From the NCBI RefSeq assembly GCF_006345805.1, contig NC_042999.1, positions 133,300,001-133,364,000 on the forward strand: DNA of 64,000 nucleotides. Direction: 5' to 3'. Origin of the DNA: Octopus sinensis (Eukaryota). Below, piece by piece: positions 39,802-54,570 of the stretch (positions are counted from its first letter, which is position 1; each line of letters opens with the position of its first letter). Made by a program: the position numbers and the translations under genes. A model generated the notes under the pieces. It was given only the letters and a program-made list of their open reading frames with translations. It had not been told where the DNA came from and did not search any database.

Positions 39802-41583
39802 GACACACACACACGAAGAGAGCTCATTAATATTAGTTCAGAGGCGAGAAAAGAAACACTTATACATGCAATTTAATGGCTTCCTGAGTCTCTACTTACA
39901 GCTTAGCTCAGCTGTTTTGAATAAAACTTTAAACGTCTCCAGCTAATAGCCATTAATTCAATTCATAAGCATTCAATTAGACGGCTATATTAGTTTCCTT
40001 TTAAACGAAACATTAATAATCTTTGGCAAACATTTCGTCTTCGTCAAGTCTTTTATCGTTTAGCTATCAAATCCCATAACGACATAGATTGATAAAGTCT
40101 TTTTTGTTGTTGTTTTTTTTTGTTTTTTTTTTTTGCTTTTCTGTAGTTTTCTATAAGAGGCAGCATGACGACTTTATAATGAAACTTGTTATGCCAGCGT
40201 CTCGCACATCAAAATCGTTTCTTTCTTAGCTGTCCTCATCAAACAGGACTCTGTTAATCACACTTATATACAACGTTATAGATGAGGACGGCGAAAAGTA
40301 CATAGTTACTTATTAAGAAAATGATTCCATGAAAGACGAAAGAAAGAAGAAAGCAAGATGAAAAGAGAGAAAGTCAACGGCAATAGTTGAAAGAAAGACG
40401 GAAATTAATGAAATTTTCTGTATAATGGCGGGAATAAAGATTAATAAGCGGTAAATAAAGAATAAAGAAATGTGAAGAAAAATATTATTAAAGTTCTTAT
40501 CATGGATATCGATAGTACTAATCCAGAATGGATTTATAAATACATATGTACATCGTGAGATCGGGGGTTTGATTCACGGTCTGAGGTCGACTTTGCCTTT
40601 CATCCTTTCGGGGGCGATAAATTAAGTACCAGTTACGCACTGGGGTCGATGTAATCGTCTTAATCCGTTTTTCTGTCCTCGTTTGTCCCCTCTGTGTTTA
40701 GCCCCTTGTGGGTAGTAAAGAAATAGGTCTGAGCGGTGCTTTGTGTTCCAGAGCAATTCTATGCAGCATTTTTTTCATTAGTGGTAGGCTTCTATTCTTT
40801 TCAAAAAGAATTTATGTACGTACGTAAGAATGTATGTATATACGTGTATGATTTATCATTATCTTCCTCCATATAGCCGTGCGTAGTACAAATCTTATTG
40901 AATTAAAAATGCATTTGGTTGTTAGTTATATATGAGTTTTAGCTACAGATACGTGTGGTAAAATATGAAACTTCAACACCTAATATGATATTGTTACCTT
41001 ATCACTTAAGCTATTCAGTTTACGTTATTTTGTAAAAATAGAAGTATGATATAATCAAACGCCACTTGTCAAAGCTGTGTGGCATTGTTATTATTATGTT
41101 GCTTTCACAGGTATTTTTTTCAAGGAGTGCTGATCATCATATGAAGCTTATACTAAAAGTTGTGTCAGTCTCTATAAATAAAGTATGTTTTACAAATTTG
41201 GTGACATGTGTGTCAAGTTGTTTTATAAGCAAAAGGCTAGTGTTTCATAGCTGAATTTTTCAGTAGCTTCTGTTTCAAAAATAGGGCTGACGTGTGATTT
41301 TACAAAGCCATCGGATTTTGTTGACAGAGAAAGGAGTAATAATCATATATACATACAAATATACATACACACATATATATAGACACATAAACACATGGAT
41401 TGGGCGCATGTGTGTATGTGTATAAACATGATGTAAATATAAGAAAATATTGGGTCGAAATAGACCGATAGAATAAGTACTAGGCTGGCTTTAAAAAAGT
41501 TCCTGGATCGATTCTTTTTGACTAAAATCGTCCAAAGCGGTGCTCCAGCATGGCCGCAATCAAAATGACTGAAACTAGTAAAA

Positions 41584-41630
<47 letters not shown>

Positions 41631-41631
41631 T

Positions 41632-41726
41632 ATAAAAAGAAGTTTGAAAACGCCACTATATAAGATAAATTTCTAAGAAAATTAATATTCATCTTATATA
41701 GTGGCGTTTTCAAACTTCTTTTTTAT
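41632..41726. repeat. Near-perfect ~35-bp hairpin in a (TA)n tract
   Basis: ATAAAAAGAAGTTTGAAAACGCCACTATATAAGAT / ATCTTATATAGTGGCGTTTTCAAACTTCTTTTT(T)AT, with a 24-nt loop. Confidence 0.9.
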
Positions 41727-41797
41727 AAATATACCCACTCGTATACGATCTACACTTATTATAAATATATATTATATATACACTTATCTACACTTAT

Positions 41798-41870
<73 letters not shown>

Positions 41871-42477
41871 ATTCACTAAGATTATGTATCGGGAAGTAGA
41901 ATATTATCTTGCAAATTTTTTGCATATCTACGCAGTCTACGGGGACAAATTACAATTAATAAAGTGTCTAGAGAGAAATTAACATATATCATTACTTTTG
42001 TGTGTGTGTGGTTGTTCTATTCTTTTATTCTTTTACTGGTTTGCGTCATTGAAATGTTGGCATGGCTGGGAACCACCCTCAAAGATTTTTAGTGCATAAC
42101 GACCCAGTACTAGGTTTGATTTTCATTCTATTAATATTTCATATAGTACCAGCTGAATCAACCGCCTTCCGGGCGCTTGATTCAGCTAGTGCATATCTCA
42201 ACTTCTGTTCGTAGTTTAAAAGTAAAGTGGAACTTACTTTAATTTTCTTAAAGAATTTCCTTATAGACAACGTTGTCAGTGTACATTCCTTTCATACCCT
42301 TATACTCTGAGTCCCAAGCCAAAATATGCACATTGTTCCCTGAACCAAAGCCAATATATACTCATTGCTCCTAGAACCAAATAGGGCTTTCGACATCTCA
42401 GTCTATTCTGAGTTGGTTGTCATAGTGATGAAGTAGTTTGTCTTTCCAAACTCTCTAACCAGAGCAATTCCAGCTTG

Positions 42478-42749
42478 GAAACACAGGGGTGTAAACACAC
42501 CATCATCGGTTGTCAAGCGATGTTGGGGAGACAAAGACAGACACACAAACACATACACACACACACATATATATATACATATATACGACGGGCTTCTTTC
42601 AGTTTCCGTCTATCAAATCCACTCACAAGGCTTTGGTCGGCCCGAGGCTATAGCTGAAGACACTTGCCCAAGTTGCCACGCAGTGGGACTGAACCCAGAA
42701 CCATGTGACTGGTAAGCAAGCTACTTACCACACAGCCACTCCTACGCCT
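42478..42749 (-). mobile_element. SINE family A (5' part)
   Basis: Reverse-complement match to family A head and body. Confidence 0.75.
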
Positions 42750-43060
42750 AAACGACAAATTTTATTAATATCTTTAAAAATACTAAATTTCCAACATTTT
42801 TACGGTCAAATTCGTTAAGAGCAATTCAATGACATAAAAATCTCACTTTAAGATTGTGTTTAGCGAGTGTGGTGTAATTGTAATTTTCACCGAAGACTAA
42901 CAGTGTCTTTATGATTGCTGTTTTTTTTTTTTTCAAAATGACAACGATAAAGACATTTCAAAGAACGTAACCAATTAAGAGAGAATGAAGTAGAAGAAAT
43001 AGGAAATATGTGTGTGAGAGAGAGGTTTATGAGAGGTAATATTGTATGAGAGAGTGAATT

Positions 43061-43108
<48 letters not shown>

Positions 43109-43334
43109 AATGTCAAAGTAACACCGAAGGAGACATGGAAACGAGCGCTACCGGTTAAGAGAGTGTGAGTTAAGAGAAGCAGTAAATATGTAGGAGGGAG
43201 AGAGAGAGAGAGTTACGAGAGGTAACATTGTACGCAATTTTGTCATTTACCACGCCTCACACTACAGCTCTCAATAAGAGAAAGAGGTGGTAAGCATGAG
43301 GAATAGTAGAAGAGTCATTGAATAGTGAGAGAGG

Positions 43335-43716
43335 GGTAATTCGTTTTGTCGGATTTTACCAAACTGGAACCGGACCGGTTAATTTTCGTGAATCCCATAT
43401 AGATGTTGACACTCTCCGGGTACCCACGGTTCCTCATGCCAAGTTTGATCAAAATTGGTTGAGGGTAAGCAATGTAGCCACAAAGTTAGGGCTCGGTTTT
43501 ACGTATATTTAGCATTTGAATGCGGTCCCCTCAGATTGGAACCAGACTGTTTAATTTGCAGGAATTCCATATAAATTTCGACACTCTTTCGGTACACACG
43601 GTTCCTCATGCCAAGTTTGGTCGAAATCGGTCCAGTGGTTACAGAGGAGTTTGGTAACAAAATTTTGACACATACACACACACACACACACGTAAGTACC
43701 GCAATTAAAGTATAGA
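43335..43716 (-). mobile_element. Non-autonomous Helitron-like element (Lep1-type layout)
   Basis: The minus strand starts A|TCTATAC, followed by (GT)n and duplicated CCGATTTCGACCAAACTTGGCATGAGGAACCGTG-type motifs. Confidence 0.4.
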
Positions 43717-43794
43717 TAGAACAAGTGAATGATTTATTGAGCTGTGCTTTTTCCTGTCAGTTATACATCCATGTATGAGCCATTGTGTGTAAGT

Positions 43795-43833
<39 letters not shown>

Positions 43834-44229
43834 TGTGTCTGTGTCTGTGTCTGTGTCTGTGTGCATACTATTGTATATTGAGGCTGTAGGAATATGTGAT
43901 TATAATAGCCAAAACAGGCGAATTCGTGTCTTTTCTGTGTCCAGTTATCGTTGGCATTGGTTGATGATTATTCATCTCTGCAGTAGTCGCTCGGTCACTT
44001 ACGAATTGTTTTACTTCGGATTGGCTGGCGAGTTATCCAGAAGAATATTCGTCTTTCATTCGCTCAACTGGAATTACATTGTACGTTATTGAAATGATTC
44101 AAGATACATGAAAATATTCCATTTCAGTATTATATTCATGTTTACAACTCAGTATTTACACACACACACGCACGCACGTACACGCGCACACGGACAAGCA
44201 CATGCACACACACACATACACACACAGAC

Positions 44230-44266
<37 letters not shown>

Positions 44267-45254
44267 TATATATATATATGTACATATCACATATACACAT
44301 ACATGCTTATAAATTTGTGTATACATATATCTATATATATATATGTATAGCGATATATATATATATGTATATATGGGTACATATATATGTGCATATATAT
44401 ATGTGTGTGTATATATGTATATACATTATGTGTATATATATATTTATGCATATGTATATATACATATATATATATGATAAGTAGGGATATATATATATAT
44501 AAGCATATACAAATACACACATACACACATATATATATATTTGTATTTATATACATATATGCATATATTTTCAATTAAACATGTATATATATGAATATAT
44601 ATATGTGTGCGAGTGTGTATTTACACACACAATAAATACATATATATACGCACACACACATAGACACGTATGCACACGCACACACACAAGGTTTCTAGAG
44701 GGTATGTACAGCTTTGTGTATGTCAGTTAAGGTAGTTGTTATGGGGTGGCTGTGATAATCTACATAATTAATTGTCAAGTGCAATTTATTAAATTGAATT
44801 ATTCTTGACAAAGAGTGAATGTCTCGCAAAACGTCAGCTTTTCAATTTATGCTTCGTGTATTCTTTATATTGTTTTATTATTTTAAAGTTAAAAATATAT
44901 ATAGAATTTAGGAATATTTCTTGAGCAGCTGATGTAATAATAATACACACATAACATGTACATTGACATATACATAATGGTATATATAAACACACACAAT
45001 TTTCAAAAACACATGCATATATCGGTCAGAAGTACACATATAGTTATACGTGAGATATAGAGGAAAATTAGTGCAGCTATCAGATTGAAAACGATACCTT
45101 GAAATTGATTGACAGAAAAATCAATACAAAATCATATTAAAGAGTATTGCACATTGCACAATCTTATATTATTATGTTTTTGTTAATGCTTCGAATTTGT
45201 TGGCGGTGGTGTTGCTACCCCTTTTGTTTCATTGTTTCGACTGTATTTTTCGTT

Positions 45255-45475
<221 letters not shown>

Positions 45476-46200
45476 AAAGATAATGTTTTTACTGATATGT
45501 TAATTTTCATGCTGATCGAGGTGAAATATAATGGCGGTGAGGTTGATAAAATGGTGATCGTCGTCATCGTAATAGCATCTTTGCTGCTGTCTTTGATATT
45601 TTTGTTGCTGTTATTGCTGTTATTCTATCTAATTATGTTGTTGTTACTGTTATTGTTAATCTTGCTGTTAGCTTTCAGTTTTGGTGCTGTGGTAGTGCTG
45701 CGCTGATGTGGTAGTTGTTGAGGTTAAATAGATGCTGGTGATAATGATGATGATCACCATGGTGACCATAATGAGAACTATTATCAAAATGATGAATAAC
45801 ATGATGTTGATAATTATAATGATCGTTAGCATAGTAATGGCAATGAAGATGCCGCTGTGGATAGTAATGTCTACTGATATGGCTCTGAAGATGTTATTGG
45901 GTTTACAATGAGCTATGAACTATGCTCAGTTTAGCCATTTAAAGGTCACATGTGTTTCCCGATTTAAACCACTAGTTTAAGCTAATATGTTTAATCATTT
46001 TCTATATCTATTGATGATCGTAAGGCAGAACCGTTAGCACGCCGGACAAAATATTTTATGTCCTCAGTTCAAATTTCACTTAGGTCGACACTGCCTTTCA
46101 TCCTTTAGGGGTCGATAACAAAAGTACCAGTTGAGTATTGAGGTCAATGAATCGACTTTCCGCATACCGAAATTGCTGGCCTTGTACCAATATTTAAAAC

Positions 46201-46299
<99 letters not shown>

Positions 46300-46329
46300 T
46301 ATTATTATTATTATCATTATTATTATCAC

Positions 46330-46387
<58 letters not shown>

Positions 46388-47510
46388 GAGTGCGAGAGCT
46401 GTGCATGCCATCAAAGTGACACTGCAGTAAAATATACTAAGTCCAGTATACCCATCATGACTACCAGTCTGATAAGGGTACACCAGGCATGTGCATAACA
46501 ACCATATGTGCGCGACATGGTGATCACATATCAAGATAAACAGCACATGACCTTGCAGGTGGGGCCCAGTTACAGTTTTCTTCTGGTCGAGTAACCCATC
46601 CCGCTCAAAAGGTCCCTGAATAAGGGTTGTTTAAGGATGTTGAACGAAACATCCAAGTTTCCAGAGGTGATTTATTCAAACCCCAAAGAATCCCTCTCAA
46701 CACATGGCTATGATGCTCCCCCACTACTTCTGATCGTGGTCAGAGATGCACATATCGTCAGCCACTAAGGGACATGCTCAACTGGTTAAGTTCAAACAAC
46801 TGACTAGCAAATCTGTGGTATTGAGCAGAATATCTGCTGTAGCCCATCTTTTATACCAAGACAAAACAATGTACATGATAATACTTCTAATCAGTTAAGA
46901 CCAGAAGCCACGAGAGCCGCAGCCTGGTACTGCATCAGAGCATTTATTATTATTATTATTATTGAGTGAGAGAGCACTGCATGCCATCAAAGTGACACTG
47001 GGGTAAAATATACGAAGCCCAGTATACCCATCATGACTACCTGTCTGATAAGGGTACACTAGGCACATGCATCACAACCATATGTGCGCAACATGGTGAT
47101 TTCATATCAAGATAAACAGCACATGACCTTGCAGGTGGGGCCCAGTTAGAATTTTCTTCTGGTCGAGTAACCCATCCCGCTCAAAAGGTCCTTGAATAAG
47201 GGTTGTTTAAGGATATTGAACGAAACACCTATGTTTCCAGAGGTGAATTATCCAAACACAAAAGAGTTCCTCTCAACACATGGCTATGATGCTCCCCCAC
47301 TACTTCTGCTCATGATCAGAGATGCACATATGGTCAGCCACTAAGGGACATGCTCAACTGGTTAAAGTCAAACAACTGACAAGCAAATCTGTGGTATGGA
47401 GCAGAATATTTGCTGTAGCCCATCTTTTATACCAAGACAAAACAATGTACATGATAACACTTCCAGTCAGTTAAAATCAGAAGCCATGAGAGCCACTGCC
47501 TGGTACTGCT
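46388..47510 (-). repeat. Tandem dimer of a ~560-bp unclassified repeat, each unit bounded by (TAA)n
   Basis: Units 46388-46945 and 46963-47510 are colinear and moderately diverged. Confidence 0.85.
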
Positions 47511-47529
47511 TCTATTATTATTATTATTA

Positions 47530-47579
<50 letters not shown>

Positions 47580-47583
47580 TATT

Positions 47584-47865
47584 ATTCAGTAGTTTTATTT
47601 TTATAGCGTGCTTTCACTTCACTACCGAGCGCAGCTCTGTGTGCTTGGGTATGGGCTGTGATTTGTTGTGATGCTCTGATGGTTTTGTTATGGAAAGTGT
47701 TCTGCGTAGGATGTGTGCAGTGCCTAGTGTGCAATTTTCTGTATGTTATATGTGTTTGTAAGTCCTGGTTTTGTGTTATGTATTTGTCTGAATATTTTTT
47801 TATCATGCCTAATGCACCTACTATGATAGGAATTGTTTCTGTTTTCAGGTTCCACAGAAACAATT
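47584..47865 (-). mobile_element. Dong/R4-like LINE extreme 3' end in (TAA)n
   Basis: LWNLKTETIPIIVGALGMIKK matches the R4/Dong C-terminal RLE tail; (TTA)n on both sides. Confidence 0.7.
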
Positions 47866-47872
47866 ATTATTA

Positions 47873-47942
<70 letters not shown>

Positions 47943-48606
47943 TAAGCTATCACACACTATCCAATATCGTGGTGTTGTTGATAGAAAATATTGTGTCTAC
48001 CAGGGGTTTGTACTGTCTGTCAAGTCACAACAAGGACTTCAGACTGACAATACTTTACGCAATATGATAAACTACAAAAGGCAAGAGAAGAATGCATTAT
48101 AAGAATTCTATATCTGAAACTAAACCGGAAATATTCAACATCATTACTAAAAACAACTTCCTTTATGCGGAAAACCCCATAGCACGTGTGCTTGATGAGC
48201 TGAATAAGGAAAGCGGTTACGCACAATACAAAAACTTCATAACAGAATGTTCGTCTTATTTTGTATTTTTAAGAATTTTTTTAAGAAATAGTTTAATAAC
48301 TTATAACAAAATCTCTCTTTGAATATTATAATGCATAAAGTAAATTAACAAAGACTTTTAAATATTTCTATATGCGCGTGTGCGTGAATGTGTGTATACA
48401 TATATACATATATTTATATGCATATGTATGCATATGTGTGTTTATGTACATATACATATATATATCTATATAATTATATAAATACACAGCCTTATGTACG
48501 CGTTTGTCTGCACGCGCGCGTATGTAATAATCTATCTCTATCTCTCTCTCTCTCACCCATTCTCTCTCTCTCCGTTATTATATATATATATATATTATAT
48601 ATATAT

Positions 48607-48649
<43 letters not shown>

Positions 48650-49289
48650 ACACACTAACACGCACACACACACACGTACGTACAAATACTTATGCATGAC
48701 AGTAGACTGAATCTCAGACAAAAGATTGCCTTGTATGTCAGAGAGGGGGCGAGGGAGTGAGAGAGAGAGAAAGAGGGAGAAATAAAATGAAAGGCGAAAA
48801 GAAAGAACGTGAACATCTCAGGAATGTGATGGAGTGAGTGTAGCAACAGATTTCGACTGGGTAAAAGAGCGAAATGTACAATATTTCTGCAAAATATAAG
48901 TATGCAAATGAGGTAATACAACACGTCTGAGATTACCTGTGTCACTATATACTTATATTCGTACATTCCACCGAGGTCGACTTTGCCTTTCATCCTTTTG
49001 GGGTCGATTAAATAAGTACCAGTTACGCACCGGAGTCGATGTAATCGACTTAATCCCTTTGTCTGTCTTTGTTTGTCCCCTCTATGTTTAACCTCCTGCG
49101 GGCAATAAAGAAATGTATATACTTATCTTTATACACGCACATATATATCGACTTTTCCCCACTCTCTCTGTTCATATGTGTGTGTGTATGTGTGAGTGTG
49201 TGCGCACATACGTGTCTGTATATTATGTATTCATTTATGTATACATGTATGTATGTATGTATGTATGTATGTATGTATTTATGTATGTA

Positions 49290-49760
49290 TGTATTTTATG
49301 TCAGGTCACTTTCGAGTGCTACTGGTAACATGTAATCCAGTACTACCTGTTGCATGGTTGGGTCGTCGGCGACTAAACCGGCAACTCTACCAAGCTCGCT
49401 TGGTGAGGAGGCTGTTTATTGGTCACCCTGCGGGATGAAAAACAAAACCCATCAAAGAGTGGAGGAACTCTTGAGAGTCAACGGCCATCCAATAAATGTC
49501 TTAAAGCTGTATCATACGCGGGGACATAGAAATAATCGGATTGAATACCCGATCGCACAGTTAAACCATTGGGAGTGAAGGACTCCTAGCCTTTGTCAGG
49601 GCATCCTTCTAGGAGAAGCCAACTCAGGTAACTGGGATAACTCCGACATAAAACCTGCGGCTCAGTGGTTACCGATGATGTTGACTTGTTCTTCTTTTCG
49701 GATTATGGCTGCTGTTGCGTAGTGCGTGGGATTGACTCAGTGCACAGCCTTTCCTCACTT
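49290..49760 (+). mobile_element. RTE-type LINE 5' UTR-like repeat
   Basis: TGGGTCGTCGGCGACTAA and CTTCTAGGAGAAG..AACTC..AAACC resemble, from memory, RTE 5' UTR motifs; no ORF follows. Confidence 0.4.
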
Positions 49761-50116
49761 AAAAAAATATCTTCTTGCACAGGCATTGCACGATAACAAC
49801 ATTGATTAAGCTTCGTGCAATGGCCATACTCGATAACGAGGGGGCAGCCACCATGTATGTATGTATAAAAGCACGTATGATGCATTGCACTAATGTTAAT
49901 CGCGTTTAATTCCAAGCGTTACTTCTACGCGCAGGTTTTCCTTGCTCTATGCTGGACCTATAAGCTGCACCTACTGGTTGGATCCATATTGTAACATCAT
50001 GTGTGACCAAATACTGAAACGTATGTAACAATTTGAATAAAGGAATACCAAGTTAATCCCACGTTGCTTTCTCATATGATACACACACACACATACACAC
50101 ACACACACATACATAT

Positions 50117-50421
50117 GTATATATCATGGAATTTAAACCTTACAGAACTTAAAACTGAAACCCTCTGAGACTGTGCTTGTAGTCTGGTCTTCAAGGCTGG
50201 TCTCCAAGGCTGGTCTCCAAGGCTGGTCTCCAAGGCTGGTCTCCAAGGCTGGTCCTCATGCTTGCTAAAAAAATTTCCTTGTTTATATGCCTTTGTCTTT
50301 TCTGTTACTTCTTTCCGCATTCCAAATAAACAAGGACATTTATACATTAAACTTGGAGACCAGGCTACAAGTACAATTTCACTGCGTTTAAGTTCTAAGT
50401 TCTGTAAGATTTAAATTGCAT
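50117..50421. mobile_element. MITE-like element with ~80-bp imperfect TIRs and an internal 13-bp tandem repeat
   Basis: CATGGAATTTAAACCTTACAGAACTT pairs with AAGTTCTGTAAGATTTAAATTGCATG; GGCTGGTCTCCAA is repeated ~5.5 times at 50181-50254. Confidence 0.65.
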
Positions 50422-51398
50422 GGCATACATACATACATACATACATACATACATACATACATACATACATACATACATACATACATACATACATACATAC
50501 ATACATACATACATGTATATTTATGTCTCCTTAGTATAATTCGGGTAAAAACAACAATAGCAGTAACAGAAACAAGGCAACCTTCGAGGTGCTCAAAGTA
50601 TTAATAAAAAAGAAACAAAAAAAGTAAAGAGTTTATTTTATATTTTTTCTTTATATTATGACGACATTGAAGGTCGTCTTGCTTCTGTTATTATTATTGT
50701 TGCTGGTAGTATCACTAATATTTCTTATATGTTTATACTGGCGTACCCCGGAATTCTGAGATATTTGAGTGGTGGAAAACAATGTATATTGTATACCCAG
50801 AGCATTCAGAATAATCCAACAGGAATTAATCGTATTCCACACGAGGAAGCGTCCTTATTCATTTATTTGTTTCAGTCATTTGACTGCGGCCATGCTGGAG
50901 CACCGACTTTTAGTCGAAGAAATCGACTCCAGGACTTATTCTCTGTAATCCTGGTATTTATTCTATCGGTCTCTTTTGCCGAACCGCTAAGTTACAGGAA
51001 CGTAAACACACCAACATCGGTTGTCGAGTGATGGTGGAAGGAACAAACAGACACGAAGACACACAAATATATATACATATATGCATATATATTAGATATA
51101 TGCATACACACATACGTATATATTCATGTGTATATACATATATGTGTGTGCGTGCGTGTGTGTGAGAGAGAGAGAGAAAGGGTGAGAGAGAGAGAATGTG
51201 TGTGGTGTATGGTGTACGTATGATGTGCTTCCGTTTCTTTGTATGACTGTGCGTGCTTGTTCATATTATGATTCTGCTGAAGTATAGTAGTACTGACTCG
51301 AACACAGGGTTAATATTTTCTTATAATTAAAGCAATTGTAAGGTAACGAATGTGATTACATAACAGCAGTTTTATTCTCTTTCTATCTATTTCATTTA

Positions 51399-51446
<48 letters not shown>

Positions 51447-51559
51447 ATATACATCTATATATAATATGCATGTGCATACACATGTATGCATATATATATA
51501 TATATATACATGTATATATATTTATATATATATATATTATATGTATATGTATATATGTG

Positions 51560-51597
<38 letters not shown>

Positions 51598-51841
51598 CAT
51601 GTTATATATTTATATATATATATATATATATTATATATTATATATATATATATATATACATATATACATATACATATATATATATACATCATGCCAAAAT
51701 AATCACTCACTTAGTTAAAATGAGTGAAGTGATCACCAATCGAAGATTTACTAAGCCTTTATAATAAATAATAATATAATTATATATATCTATATATATA
51801 ATATATATCTATATATATACACGCCACACACGCACACACAC

Positions 51842-51896
<55 letters not shown>

Positions 51897-52175
51897 TGGA
51901 GGTACAATGGCCCAGTGGTTAGGGCAGCGGACCGACGGTCGTGGGGTCGCGGTTTCGATTCCTATACCGGCCGTTGTGAGTGTTTATTGACCGAAAACAC
52001 CTAAGGCTCCACGATGCTCCGGCAGGGGATTGTGACGAACTCTGCTGTACTCTTTCCTCACAACTTTCTCTCACTCTTTGTTTCTGTTTTACCTGTATTT
52101 CAATGGGCCAGACTTGTCACACAGTGTCACCCTAAATCTCCCCGAGAACTACGTTAAGGGTACACGTGTCTGTTG
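51897..52175 (+). mobile_element. SINE family C
   Basis: tRNA-like head plus family C body. Confidence 0.7.
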
Positions 52176-52521
52176 AATGCACGTCAGATACTGATGTATG
52201 TACACACAATTTCATCTCGAATGAATCCCAGTTTGTGGGCTCTAATTTTGAATGTTATGAATAGTGTGTATATATTTATAAATGTATATATCTTATGTAT
52301 ATCTGTTAGAAACATAACTGCGTCGGGGGTACAGAACATATGTATTCCATTTGTAATATATGACTTCATTGATTTTCGGTTCATTTCATATACTTTAAAT
52401 ATTTTGTAGAAATTTATTTTAGCTTTTCTTGACTTCATGTTAGGTCTTTTCAGGTCTCTCATAGAGACGTCGCACCGAAATACATTCACAAAATATTTTA
52501 TAGGTATATATATATATATAT

Positions 52522-52780
52522 ATTCTTTTACTTGTTTCAGTCATTTGACTGCAGCCATGCCGCAGCACCACCTTTCGTTGAACATATTGACCCCAGGATA
52601 TATTCTTTGTAAGCCTAGTACTTATTCTATCGGTCAGCTTTGCTGAACCGCCAAGTTATGGGGACATAAACACACCAACATCGGTTGTCAAGTGATGGTT
52701 GGGGACAAACACACACACAAATAACAAACACACACAAACACACACAAACACACACACACACGCACACACACACACTCCAC

Positions 52781-52824
<44 letters not shown>

Positions 52825-52965
52825 CGACGGGCTACTTTCAGTTTCCGTCTACCAAATCCACTCACAAGGCTTGGACGGTTCGGGGCTATAGTAGAAGACC
52901 CTTACTGAAGGTGCCCAGCAGTGGCACTGAAGCCAGAACCATGAGGCTGGGAAGCAAGCATTTAC
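52522..52965 (-). mobile_element. SINE family A (diverged)
   Basis: Reverse-complement match to family A. Confidence 0.7.
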
Positions 52966-53296
52966 ACACACGATTCCCTACGACGATAGTATATATATAT
53001 ATATGTATATATCTTTTACTTTTATCTATCATTAGATCGCGGCCATGTTGGGGCACTGCCTTAACACTTTTTAGTCGAATAATTCGACCCCGATATATAA
53101 TGCCTAACCACCAATTTACAGGGACGTAAAAGTACTACCACCGGTTGTCAAGCGGTGGTGGGTCACAGACACAAAGTCAACCAGACATAGATATACATAA
53201 ATATACTTGCACATACATACATACATACATACATACATACATACATCATACATACATACATACATATATATACATATATATATATATGTAAGTGAC

Positions 53297-53676
53297 GCAG
53301 GAGTAGCTTGCTTACGAGTGACATTGTTCTGGGTTCAGACCCACTGCGTAGCGCCATGGGCAAATGTCCTCTACTGTAGCCTCGGCCGACCAAAACCGTG
53401 TGAGTGGATTTGGTAGAAGGAAACTGAAAGAAGTCCGTCGTATATTGTGTGTGTGTGTGTGTTTCTGTTTGCCCCCCCCCCCAACAAAACATCGCTTGAC
53501 AACCGATGCTGGTGTGTTTACGTCCCCGTAACATGGCAGTTCGGCAAAAGACACCGATAGGATAAGTTCTAGGTTTATAAAGAATAATTCCTGATTTGCT
53601 CGACTAAATGCGGTGCTCCAGCATGGCCGCAGTCAAATGACTGAAGCGAATAAAAGAATATATATATGCATATGTG

Positions 53677-53719
<43 letters not shown>

Positions 53720-53845
53720 GAGCTTCTTTCAGTTTCCGTCCACCAAATACACTCACAAAGTTTTGGTCGGCCCTGAGGTTACGGTAGAAGACACTTGCCC
53801 AAGGTGAACTGAGAACCATGTTGTTGGGAAGCGAGCTTCTTACCC
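53297..53845. mobile_element. SINE family A copy (+, 53297-53660) followed by an inverted partial copy (-, 53718-53845)
   Basis: Matches to family A in opposite orientations. Further partial copies lie at ~5460-5660, 29205-29512, 41460-41585, 50860-51060 and 56725-56885. Confidence 0.7.
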
Positions 53846-54394
53846 CGCATTCACATGTGTTTGTGTTAGCGTGTTTGTGTGTGTGTCTGTGTTTGTGTTT
53901 AAGCGCATGCATTTTATACGTATATATACGTACGTACGACTGTATATGATAATCACACAATGAGTATATGGTATCCGTGCGTGTGCGTGAGAGCGTCGGA
54001 CGCGCGCAAATGTATGTATATATGTGTGTATGTGGAGGGGGGTGTACATACTCATAGACACGCAGCGTGTTTTATTTAGCTGTAAAATGATACTCCTATG
54101 GTTAATCATGTGACAAGCCAGTTCGCCTGGTGCTGCCCTTCCTCGGCTGTCAAATTTAATAATATCTCACCGCAAATATAAGAATTGTTCCCATACCCCA
54201 CGGGAAGTCAGCTTGAAGCAATGTCTAAAGTGTAACCATTTACTTGTGGCATTCTGACACAAGAACATAAATATCACAGTTGCCGCCACAAGAGACGTCT
54301 AAGACTTATCATTGCTGCTTCAGACGAAAATCTATTCATAAATATAGCGTTTTAATACTGTTATTCTGCTGTAGCGTAACTGGCGTAAGAGAGG

Positions 54395-54448
<54 letters not shown>

Positions 54449-54570
54449 GCACACAAACAAACAAAAGGAAAGAGGAGATAAAAAACGAAAGACAAAGAAC
54501 ATACATGTGTGTGTGCGTGTGCATATTTACTGTATTTAAATATGCTTGTCATATATAGATATATATATAT

